This document shows positions 50,748 through 62,010 of a DNA stretch of 64,000 nucleotides, piece by piece (within the stretch, counting starts at the first letter, position 1; each line of letters opens with the position of its first letter). The stretch is taken from the NCBI GenBank assembly GCA_030704615.1, contig CM060733.1, forward strand, positions 15,934,001 through 15,998,000, written 5' to 3'. The notes under the pieces were generated by a model. It did no database searches. It was not told the DNA's origin and was given only the letters and a program-made list of their open reading frames with translations. The position numbers and the translations under genes were made by a program. Source of the DNA: Takakia lepidozioides (taxonomy: Eukaryota; Plantae; Bryophyta).

Positions 50748-52386
50748 GGAAATACGGCGCCGCATTTCCGTATTGCATCTTGGTCATGCAACAGAGCGAC
50801 GGAAATGCGGCACCGAGTTTCCGTCCGGGGGAACCTTTATACTCTCCAGAACGGAAATGCGGTAACGCATTTCCATCCAGCAAGCACGGTATGTGAAGGT
50901 GGAACGGAAATGCGTACCGCATTTCCGTTCTGATTGAGAATTATGAACAACGGGAACAGAAATGCGGCACCGCATTTCCGTCCGAGTCGCACTTTTCGAC
51001 ATTCCAGAACGGAAATGCGGCGCCGCATTTCCATTTGTATCTGATGCATGGAGCTGAGGGATAGAAATGCTGCAGCACATTTCCGTCCTTAAAAGACATT
51101 CATACTCTCGAGAACGGAAATGCGGTACCACCGCATTTTCATTCCCAAGCACGGTATGTGAAGGTGGAACGGAAATGCGGTACCGCATTTCCGTTCTGAT
51201 TGAGAATTATGAACAACGGGAACAGAAATGCGGCACCGCATTTCCGTCAAAGTCGCACTTTTCGACATTCCTAACGGAAATGCGGCGCCGCATTTCCATT
51301 TTGTATCTGATGCCTGGAGCCGAGTAAGATTCCGACAGCTTCATACAGCGCAATTCCGAGCGGTTGAGACATTACCTATCCAGAACGGAAATGCGGCACC
51401 GCATTTCCGTTCTGACTGAAAATCGTGAACTATCTGAACTGAAATGCGGCACCGTATTTCCATCCGAGTCGCACCCTACATCATTCCAGAACGGAAATGC
51501 GGCACCGCATTTCCGTTCTGACTGAAAATCGTGAACCATCGGAACTGAAATGCGGCAGCGCATTTCCATCCGAGTCGCACATCCCAACATTCGAACGGAA
51601 TGTATTAGATTTAAAAGGGAAATGCGGCACCGCATTTCCGTTCTGATGAAATATCCTGAAACATCGGAATTGAAATGCGTACCGCATTTCCGTCGGAGTC
51701 CCACCATCCGACATTCCAAAACGGAAATGCGGCACCGCATTTCCGTTTTGTATGTGAGGCATGGAGCTGTGGAACGAAAATGCGGGCAGGCATTTCCGCC
51801 AGCGTCAGACGTTAATACTCTACAGAACGGAAATGCGGTACCGCATTTCCATTCTGACTGAAACGTGCGCAACGGGTAACAGAAATGCGGCACCGCATTT
51901 CCGTTCGAGTCGCACCTTCCGACATTCTCGAACGGAAATGCGGCGCCGCATTTCCGTTTTGTATATTTCGGCCTGGAGCTGTGCTACGGAAATGTGTTGC
52001 CGCATTTCCATCCATGTGAGACCTTCACCTTTCCAGACCGGAAATGCGACACCGCATTTCTGTCCAGGTGAGACCTCTATACTTTCCCGAACGGAAATGT
52101 GGCACGACCATTTCCATCATCAACTAACGTATGTGAAGTGGAACGGAAATGCGGCGCCGCATTTCCCTTCTGAATCTCATACATGGAGCTGTGGGGGAAA
52201 TGCGGCACCGTATTTCCGTTCAACAACTAAGGTATGTGAAGGTGGAACGGAAATGCGGTGCCGCATTTTCTTCAACAAGTACGGATGTGTAGCAGAGTGA
52301 TCGTACTTAACGGAAATGCGGCGCCGCATTCGCATTCTCGCTCCAACTCATCAGACGCTGGGACGGAAATGCCTTGAAATGTGAAC
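50748..52386. repeat. 53-bp palindrome array, copy 3 (more small indels, about two units shorter)
   Basis: Reverse complement of 406-2163. Confidence 0.9.
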
Positions 52387-52768
52387 ACGTGGAGCAACGG
52401 AATTGCTGCACATGTTCGGCACTTATCTGACTGAAGGGGCAATGAGGCGGCGCGCCTGACCGTTGGATAATGATGTTTGATTTTTCGGACGGCAGCGTAC
52501 CCTCAACGATTCGAATTTCGTAATGACGCAAACTCCACGAGGAGACACTTTCGTCCAACCTTTCGAACCCAAGTGGTGCATCACCGCCGTTTCATCTACT
52601 TTTGTCGTGTCTCCTCAGTCACCCCTCTCGCGCCCTTTCCATCTGCACTCTTTGCCCCTTTTCCCTCTCTCTGTTCTTCTTATTGCTCGAACCTGAGAGG
52701 GGGGAGTTCGTGCACCAGACAGGAGACCTCGTCGCAAGCTCCGGAAATTATACTTCGGACGTAGGCCA

Positions 52769-54782
52769 ATGCCGAAGGGGAGGAAGCAGATGCGTCTACA
52801 GGAGGAGATTGCCATCTCCGAGCAGCAGGCCACTCAGGCAACCCAGCCACCAGTGAGAGCTCCATGCGATCGGGCTGCGCGCAGCTGATCTCGCACCGAA
52901 CCCCCCATTTTGCTTCTGTAATTCTTAGACTGAATGCTAGGAGACTTGAATGCAGAACATGTTTGCATGCCTAACAGGAAAGGTGGACGTGCTGGAGGGA
53001 TCGCAGGAATCCGAAGAGCCGCAGGAAGAGTCCGAGGAGCTAGCTGCAGCACGTACACCCACCCGATCCCCGAGCGCGGGTACTCCTGCCGGGCCTAGCC
53101 CTCTGCGATTCAAAGACGCGTCTTCGAAGGGCAAGTTCAAAGTCTCAGAGATCGACTCGCGTTCTTCGATCATGGAGAATCGCCAGCAGGGGTCGGGCCC
53201 TTCTCCAGCAAAGTCGAAGAAGAAGCAGCCCGTCCCTCTACTGGCTTCTGAACCGGCTCAGGCCGATTCACCCCCCCAACAACGCGAATGAGCAGCAGGG
53301 TAGAAGACAGATTCTATTGCAGCAGACACCTTCACCTGCAAGGATGAGGAAGCAGAAGGCAATCAGGGCGACGGCCGAACAATCTCCCGCAAACCGCTTC
53401 CACGAGCTGAAGCTCAGTTCCTGGAGGATTTCCCGCCTGCAGATGTTGGGGGCCGACTCTGCTGCAGCGAAGGCAATGGGATCGACCGTTTGATCTCGAT
53501 TTGGTACCGGAGGAGGGTGCTGCCGCTGAACGTTCGCAGCAGACCTCACCACCGATGAGCTAGCAGGCCCGGAGGAGGCCTCTGCAATGGCAGAATTGCC
53601 CGCAACACAGGCCCCAGAGTGCAGCTCCAGTTGAGGATGCTCCACCTGCTCACCAGCCACTACCGGCACCTACAGACATGTCTCCGGAGATTTCAAAAGT
53701 GCAGCGGATAAAATGTTGGAGGAGACACACAGTAGCATTGGCAGAGTTCTGGGCAGCAGGGTATTCCAGCGGACTCTTCGAATCCCACTCTGTCGCATGG
53801 TCTCCCTTCCCATCGTCAGGCAGGCCCTTCCCGGAGATGTGGATAAGCTCAAGTTCGCATTTCGAGAAGGGTACCGTCTGGGATCGGCAGCGTTTACGTT
53901 TCCATAGAGAATGAGGACGGCGAAACCCGTGGACCCACTGCGATGAATTGTCAACGTGGGATACCCACTGGCACACTCGCAACCACGAATTCGAGGCGAC
54001 GCTGAAGGGTGATCCCGACTTCGGCCATATGTCGGGAAAATGTTCTTTGTGTGGGACGGAATCACCGACTTCTCGCCTGGTGGGAGTACATCAAGCAGAA
54101 CCATGCCAAGCACATTGGCTGGCATTACATGGTGGAGTGTGTCATCCTCAAGGTGAAGGCGGCAGACCTCCTCCCTCCTCAAGAATGCCATGGCGGACCT
54201 CAACTCGTAAGATACTCATACCCTCCCTAGCACATTCGAAATGCGGTGGCGCATTTCGGTTTCCATTCTGGGTTTGTTCCGTGCTTCCGTGTACTGACTG
54301 GAGAGTGTGCCTTGCAGGGTCACTGAGAATGCGTACGTGCATACCCACATGCACATATGCTGTACAGGGTGAGGAAAACTGGTCTCACTGATCCGCAGAT
54401 GTTTGCGGAAATGCTGGAGCCGGAGCTCATTCAGAAAGCCGTTGCAAAAACAGACCGGACATGGTATCGTCTCACTATGGATGGAATGGTGGAGGTCATA
54501 TACGAAGTAAGTCGTGCTCCAATTTCCCTCTGCTCATCCTTCCCCAATTTCCAGTAATGTTTCCACATGAATCGAATGTAACGCTTCTGCATGTTTTTGT
54601 TGGCAGTCAAACATCAAGCTGGATTTGGCCCATGCCAAACGCTTCTTCATGGAAAGTGAGGGGCAGGTCAAAACGTTGCAGTCATTTACTGAGCACTTGA
54701 AGGAAGCCGTTGTCAAGTCCAGAACCAAATACAAGTCAAGCTTGTGAAGCTGGTGCAATTGCAGATCCGGCACTTGAAAGAC
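52769..54782 (+). CDS. Multi-exon MULE gene with disordered N-terminus and ParB/Sulfiredoxin-like domain; probably the 5' part of the methyltransferase gene
   Basis: ATG 52769 MPKGRKQMR..; RIPLCRMVSLPIVRQALPGDVDKLKFAFREGY..; MFFVWDGNHRLLAW reconstructed across two single-base slips at ~54040-54061. Runs into the gap. Confidence 0.6.
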
Positions 54783-55282
54783 NNNNNNNNNNNNNNNNNN
54801 NNNNNNNNNNNNNNNNNNNNNNNNNNNNNNNNNNNNNNNNNNNNNNNNNNNNNNNNNNNNNNNNNNNNNNNNNNNNNNNNNNNNNNNNNNNNNNNNNNNN
54901 NNNNNNNNNNNNNNNNNNNNNNNNNNNNNNNNNNNNNNNNNNNNNNNNNNNNNNNNNNNNNNNNNNNNNNNNNNNNNNNNNNNNNNNNNNNNNNNNNNNN
55001 NNNNNNNNNNNNNNNNNNNNNNNNNNNNNNNNNNNNNNNNNNNNNNNNNNNNNNNNNNNNNNNNNNNNNNNNNNNNNNNNNNNNNNNNNNNNNNNNNNNN
55101 NNNNNNNNNNNNNNNNNNNNNNNNNNNNNNNNNNNNNNNNNNNNNNNNNNNNNNNNNNNNNNNNNNNNNNNNNNNNNNNNNNNNNNNNNNNNNNNNNNNN
55201 NNNNNNNNNNNNNNNNNNNNNNNNNNNNNNNNNNNNNNNNNNNNNNNNNNNNNNNNNNNNNNNNNNNNNNNNNNNNNNNNNN
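54783..55282. other. Scaffold gap (500 N)
   Basis: Run of N. Confidence 1.
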
Positions 55283-58200
55283 CACCTGCTCATCAGCTGT
55301 GATTGTCAACCGGTCACCACTTCATCATGTAAGCTAACAGTGGCTGGTTCTTCTAGGATTTTCTATTTCTCCTTCTCTTTCTTCATCGAAATGTGATGGG
55401 TAAAATGCTGGTTTTCCTTTCTTCAGTGTGTGCTGTCACTCCACCACAGCAGATACCTCTTCAAACAACTTAGGCTTTCCAGCCGCATCTCTGCACATGC
55501 TCCCATTCTGGGTGTGCAGCAAATAGGGTAGCTTTTTTTCCTGCTCCTCATCCAGTCCTCCCCTCCATTCATACTCTCTGACTCCTCGAGGTATCTTGTA
55601 GCAGGCAGGTAATCTACTAGATTTCTTTGTGGTAATTTGTATCTCGTGCATTCCCATTATGCACAGTTAGTAACTAGAATTCCAGTCATGGAATACCCTT
55701 GCCTGTTTCAGCCACGGACGTTCCCAATAATAAGGAGTAAGCCTCCATGACTTAATCCATTTTTAATACAGTTACTGTGTGATCATAAAGATCATTTTCT
55801 GTATCTGTATCTTAACTCCTCTTATTAATCCCAATGGCTGTACACTTCTTTGATCTGCCATTGTTACTGTAAATGGGGCTGGTTTCATGTTACTTAGACC
55901 AAGCTTCTTCCTTAATTGGTCTGTCATGATATTTACTCCAGAACCACCATCTATCAGTACAACAGTTAGTTCTGTGCTTCCAAATTCTCAATTGGATTAC
56001 TGGCATAGAATCATCAAAGTCCATGACTGGTTCTCGCCCTTCCGGCTTCACATTATAAATGGTCACTTGCTGTTCAGGTTTGTGTTTCCTGTCTCTTGGG
56101 CAATTCGATTGATTGCCTGATACAGCCTGTGCCTACAATAAGGTGCCACAGCTAATAGCTGTCCAATGGTAATTCTGCTTTGGTCTGACATATTACTTCA
56201 GCCAAAGTCTCTTCATTACTTTGCATGTCTGCATCTTCTTTTTCCTTTCTTCCTCACTCCCTCTTTTTCTCCATCCGAATCAGAGGAATCTGCCACAGGA
56301 ATATCAGTACTCTTTTGCATTTCCTTATAGTATCTGCACTTCTTGTGCAGTTCCCTTCTCATCCTTCCAAGTCTCTTCACCTTCAGGCATATCATTGCCA
56401 TTCCAGTCTCATCTCTTCCTCTTCTACTGGAAGGTATTAGTTTGGCTTTAATTCTTGTTACTATCATTGTACTTACTTCTGGTACAACACATGGCCTAAC
56501 CATGTGAGCTGCCACCACTGCGGCCCCTATTCACAGGCGCTCTCATCTCATTCTGGTGTCTATACGGAATGAACAGGCTGCCTTGCGATGTCCTGGCTGA
56601 TTACAATAGTAACATAGTTCTTCACCATTGGGTCCTCGCCCTTGGTCTGTTCTTGGATTATTTCTATAATCCTGATCCCGGGCTGGTAATTCCCCTTGGA
56701 TTACCCTGATAGTTGCCTCTGGAATTTCCTTGGTAATTCCCTCTTGAATTACCTCTCCCTTCCATGCCATTGTTATAACCACCAGACCTACCATAGTGGT
56801 CCTGATCATTGCTTCTTCTTGGCTGGGGCTGCACCTGATGCACCCTCACTTGCCTAGGTTCTCTTGCAGCTGTCCTTTGTTGTAGTAACAATTCTCAGTA
56901 GAATGGTTATCCATTTTACAGATAGTACAGTGTTCTCCTTCATGTGGCATTCTGTAGTGGTATGGCCTTCATTCTGGCACTTTGCACACCATACACCCTT
57001 CCTCCAATGTGTTGCAGCCTCTGTGGCATACTTCTTCAAGATTTCTTCCAATCTTTTCTCATAGTTATCCCTCTTCAACTTTCCTTTCTCTTACTCTTTC
57101 TTTTTAGTTCTTGCTCTTCTTCTTCATCTGACTCATCTTCAGAGTCCTCATCTTCCTTTTTCTCTCTCCTGAGCATTCCCAATTGCTCAATTCTGTTTGC
57201 AGTTTCAAATGCCTCCTCCACTGTATTATGGGGTAACATATCACTTTCTTCTGCAACTCTGGTCTTAGTCCACTCACAAACCAAGTCTTCTGTAAACCGG
57301 GTGCTGGTACTGCAGCCAGCTTTTTCATCATCAATTCCATCTTCTCCATATACTCTTCAACAGTTTCATGCTTCTTCTGCTTCAGCTGTTGTAAACTTCC
57401 ATACACTTCATCCTCAGTTTTACTTGTCCTGAACCTATTTCGAAATGCTGTATTCAAGCCATTCCAGGTTAGGAAATGATTATCAGGGAATCTTGCATAC
57501 CATTCACTTGCTTTCTTGATAAGTGAACAAGGAAACAGTCTCATCTTGGCATCATCGCCATTCTCATTGTTCACTATACACATGTGCTCAAATTGGCTAA
57601 TGTGTACATCGGGATCCCTTTTCCTGAATATATTGGAAAGGGTGGTTTTGCCCGTGTTGGTTGTAACGCCATCTGTGGCCCTACCTTCTGCCCACTGACA
57701 GGTGCTGGCACCCTTGCTGGTGCTGGTCCTTCTGGACCTGTTGTTTTGTGGTGGATCTTCCACCAAGTGGTGGCCCTTGAGCACTCCCTGCTTCTGGCCC
57801 CACGATATTCACAGTATTCCCAGCTTCAGTTGCACTACTTCCCACACTCCCTATCCCCCCAGAGCCAGATCCAGGCAGCCCGCCTGATCCCCCTGAGCCG
57901 ACACCTTCGTTGGCCTGTGATCCAAGTGCTCCACTTGATCCAGGTCCAACGGGTTGGGATGTCCTGGTTGTAGTCTCAACCTCAGCTGTTGGGTCTACTT
58001 CTTCATATTCTTCCTCTTCCAATTTCTTCTCTCTGTTTTCATCCTCCAAGTTCTGCCCTTGGGTTTCTTCTTCACTCATGTAACTCAACTGTAATGGTGT
58101 TGGAGAGTCTGAACTCTCCGTTGGCTCTGCCACATCCTCATCTCCTTCTTCATCTTCTGCTTCAGAAACTGGAGTTCCTGCTTTTGGTGTTCCATGCCAA

Positions 58201-59746
58201 CTCTTATCAAAGATTTCTGTCAAGTCTTTTATCCAAGGATGTACCTCAGATCTTTCACCTCGTGATTGATCTTCTTCCTGTACCAATTCCCTTAATCTTT
58301 CTTGCAAAGAAACAGAAGGAGTGGCATCCAACTCTAGTTCTTCCGGTATAGGTGATGCACTTTTTGATCTTGATGGTGTGAGAGGTCCAGATGATTCCCC
58401 TATGTCTATTCCTCTCTCCCAAAGATATGGATAATTAGCTTTCAGATAGCTTTCTCTTTTGATGAATATCTTTGTCGTCTAGCTTCTCTTTCATCACTCA
58501 TGTCCCATGTCTTTCATTTCTTTTAATGTGGCAATAACCAAAACTCTCTTCTGTAATATCTCTCGTATATGCCTGGATTTCTTTCAAGCTTCAATGCACC
58601 CTTGGCTATACTTGAAGTCTCCGTTACCATATAACCATATGGCAAACAAGTCTGAAAAGCTGTTATTGGTGTGAGTTTGATCCACAAAATATCCTTTGGA
58701 ATCCAATTCTTTACCAGTACAAGCTCTTCATGCATATGAGTATAAACATTCACCTTTCTTTCTTCCCAGCCTTCAAACTCTACTCGTTTAATGGATAGCA
58801 ACGCTATCACATAAACTAATGTTGGTAACCAACGTGCTCTTCCTCTACAGGCTACCTGATAAATCTTTATCACTCCTTTCTCCAGACCCCATTCTGGATC
58901 AGCATCATGCACTCGTTTAAGAATATTTTCTTTACATCCGTCTGGCAATTCCAAGAACCTTTGAAAGAATTGTTTGGACAATCTTTCTTCCTTCGTTCCA
59001 CAGGGAATTTGATTCACTTCAAATTCTCTAATGGTCCAACCACCATGATCCCACCAGATGCCTGTCACATCTGGTTGTTCATGTCCCAGCTCCCCAGTCT
59101 GGTCGCCAAATGTCGCGCGGCTTTTACTCACCCATCCCTTCGCTATCCGAGGCGGAAACTCCAAGATAGAAGAGTTGGAAATCTCTAAGTACTCAGCCCG
59201 CGCAGAACAATCAGTCATGACCTACAGCTAGTGTATCATGGGGGTGTTTCCTATTTGTTTCCTTTCCTTTTCCGCATTCATCTTAGCTACCTTACCATTG
59301 ATAATTAAGTATCAGTTTGCTTCATCAATTTATCGGTTTCTTCACTCCTCCATTCAATCCACAGCTTCACTCAGATCTCTCTACATAGTGTGATTGTATC
59401 GTATAAGTATCAGATTATGATTTATCAGGTATCAGGCCGAAGCCATTGTGTCTCTATTCTCCTCTACAATATCCCTACAGCTTTGCATATAACAAGCATC
59501 TACTAATCCTCTTTCCTCCTTCATCGTGCTCACCGACTTCCGCTCCCGTATGACTCCGAAATCCTCCTTCCCCGAATAATAATCATCCCATAATCATAAT
59601 CCTGTTCTTCCCTTCATCCTCCTATCCGCGGTTCTAACCGTTTCCCTCTCTAACCGTCGTATGTGAATTAACATGTTCCCTTCACAGGTGTTGTTCCCCA
59701 CAGTCGTTCCCTGTCCTACTCTTCGTTCCCTATTATCGTGACAGCT
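55283..59746 (-). mobile_element. Second Ty3/gypsy family, 5' portion (extra ORF, Gag, zinc knuckles, protease)
   Basis: DPDVHISQFE..KMRLFPCSL..ASEWY; CAKCQNEGHTTTEC; CYYCNQPGHRKAAC; VLIDGGSGVNIM at ~55925-55960. Confidence 0.85.
58523..59218 (-). CDS. 231-aa ORF upstream of gag, unknown function
   Basis: ATG to stop open; open paralog at 62013-62672 with many synonymous differences. Confidence 0.7.
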   Translation of the reverse strand: MTDCSARAEYLEISNSSILEFPPRIAKGWVSKSRATFGDQTGELGHEQPDVTGIWWDHGGWTIREFEVNQIPCGTKEERLSKQFFQRFLELPDGCKENILKRVHDADPEWGLEKGVIKIYQVACRGRARWLPTLVYVIALLSIKRVEFEGWEERKVNVYTHMHEELVLVKNWIPKDILWIKLTPITAFQTCLPYGYMVTETSSIAKGALKLERNPGIYERYYRREFWLLPH

Positions 59747-62010
59747 GTGTCAAGCGGGTGACTGGCTGTGTTTGGCTGTGTCGGGCTGTGACTGGCTGTG
59801 TGGGCTGTGTGGGCTGTGTGTGACGACTGTGACGGCTGTGTGGGCTGTGACGGCTGTGTGGGCTGTGTGGGCTGTGACGACTGTGACGGCGTGTGTGTGG
59901 GCTGTGACGGTGTGCTGTGTGGGGCTGTGACGACTGTGACGGGATGTGTGGGCTGTGTGGTGTGACGGTGTGGGCTGTGACGACTGTGACTGCTGTGTCG
60001 GCTGTGTGGGCTATGTGGGCTGTGACGACTGTGACGGGCTGTGTGGGCTGTGACGGCTGTGTGGGCTGTGTGGGCTGTGACTGCTGTGTCGGCTGTGTGG
60101 GCTATGTGGCCCCCCTCTACAGTGCGCTGCTGTCACCCCTAAGGTTCCTGTTTGTCTCAGTCTGTGCAAAAATTAAGGGTACCCTACAGATCCCGTATAA
60201 GTGTCTAAGTCCCCTACAGTCCTCTAACACTTTTGTGCACGCAACATCCTTTGTGGGTGAATCTTCGTCGACAGAGTTCACGGAGTCGACAACTACAACT
60301 ACACGGGAAGAAGGGGCGAACCTGCTGCCCATCCAAGAGTCTGATTGTGCAGACGCGCTGTGGCACATAGAACGAACTCCGCAAGGCTCAAAGGTGAAAT
60401 GTTCCGCTATCAAGGCAACGTCCTTTGTGAAGTGCACATCTATGATTTGTAGAGCCCGAGCAGGGACTCCAGCCCCAACTTTCACAGGGTTGTTCAAGCA
60501 TTATAGTGCGCGGGAGGCCAGACCTCACAAGTTTTGGTTTTGTCCTGATGACATGAAACGTTGCGTGATGTGAACTGTTCGTGATTCGGTGATAAGCAAA
60601 CCTCAAATCCCAAACGTTTGGCCAGTTAAGATGGGAACTACACTATCTACACAGAAAATTGACATGATGGAGGATGCAGGATTTCGGCTCCCAAGAGGAC
60701 CAACTGTCATGAGGGTTAATTCTTCGCATGATTACCCTTCCCCATTTCCTGCGCGCCCTCCACTTGGCAACGACAAGCCTACGAAAAGAAACGGAAAGGT
60801 GGTCCGGCGGGTTGAGGCAGGTGCAGAGCACGAGTGCAAGATTGAATCAGCGAAAACCCTTCAGTGTCGGATCACCCACGTTGTCGATGTTCCACCCCCA
60901 GGCTATGGATGGGTGTATAGTATGGTGATGATGGGATTTGTTCTTCACAACAGGTCGTACGAGGTAAAAGTTTCCAATTTCCCAGATTGCACTTGCCCAG
61001 ACTTCAAAAACACAATCTCCAGTTCTCTAGGAAAGAGAGGTAAATTTGTGCCATGCAAACATTTGTACTACATGTACATGCAGAGGATGTTTTGTGATCC
61101 AAAAAGAGACACATACATTCACCAATGTACGATAGGGCCTGCTGATGTTATGACACTACTTGAGCGAGATAGTACTGCACGAGTTTGAGATGTACTTGAG
61201 CATGATCTTGCAAAGCCTGGGCTGGTTTTCTGTGACGTCCGGTGACAGATGACAAAGTCGCGCCTTTGTATGGAAAAAGCTTCAGGCTGTTTGATGGCAG
61301 CACTTTCTTGACTCAGAAGCCATCTCCTACCCCATGTCATGATCAAATGAATGGCAATGCTTTGTATACTTTCTACACTTTGTACACTTTCCAATTTCGA
61401 CCGTGCTTTCAGAATATACCCCAGTCTTACATGGACCTTCACTACTGGCATTGTTTATACGACATGTATACTGTTTCGAACAAAAGGTACGTGAACATCG
61501 AACATCGTTCGAGTTCTTTCAACCCAGATGTCATTGGTCTCATCCATTATATATTCATCCGTATTTTGACGTCCCTCATTCATCCTACATTCATCCCATA
61601 TCCATCCAACATTCATCCAACATTTATCCATTCCACAAACCCATTCATCCGTACGGATTTCGTCTCGCACTACTCTCAAATTTCCATTTATGTCTTTGTT
61701 AGAGGACTGTTTGGGACTTAGACACTTATACGGGATCTGTAGGGTACCCTTAATTTTAGCACAGACTGAGACCTACAGGAGCCTTAGGGGTGACAGCAGC
61801 GCACTGTAGAGGGGGGTTACACAGCCCGTCACAGTCGTCACAGCCGACACAGCCATCACAGCCAACACAGCCAACACAGCCCGTCACAGTCGTCACAGCC
61901 GACACAGCCAGACACAGTCAGCGCAGCCCGTCACAGCCGACACAGCCACACAGCCAGTCACAGCCCGATACAGCCGTCACAGTTTCACACAGCCAGTCAC
62001 AGCTTGACAC
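59747..62010 (+). mobile_element. Foldback-type non-autonomous MULE with long modular TIRs
   Basis: TIRs 59747-60229 and 61697-62010: GTGTCAAGC end, GGCTGTG(A/T) tandem subrepeats, ~120-bp unique inner block. Confidence 0.85.
60240..61188 (+). pseudogene. C-terminal fragment of a related GCM-MULE transposase (Cys-rich domain + SWIM)
   Basis: WHIERT..CSAI..PAPTFTG..FWFC..VWPV..AGFR..VPPPGYG..CTCPDF..PCKHLYY aligns with 5340-6200. One in-frame TGA at 60571. Confidence 0.85.

Larger units (their letters stand above)
45869..54782 (-). mobile_element. MULE copy 3, from right TIR to the scaffold gap, inserted in the gypsy 5' LTR
   Basis: TIR at 45869 preceded by CCCTCAAGG; inverted near-identity to 1-7051. 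Confidence 0.92.

Noticed and set aside
54710-55396. ORFs spanning the N run
   Set aside because: Gap artefacts; continuity across the gap is not established.
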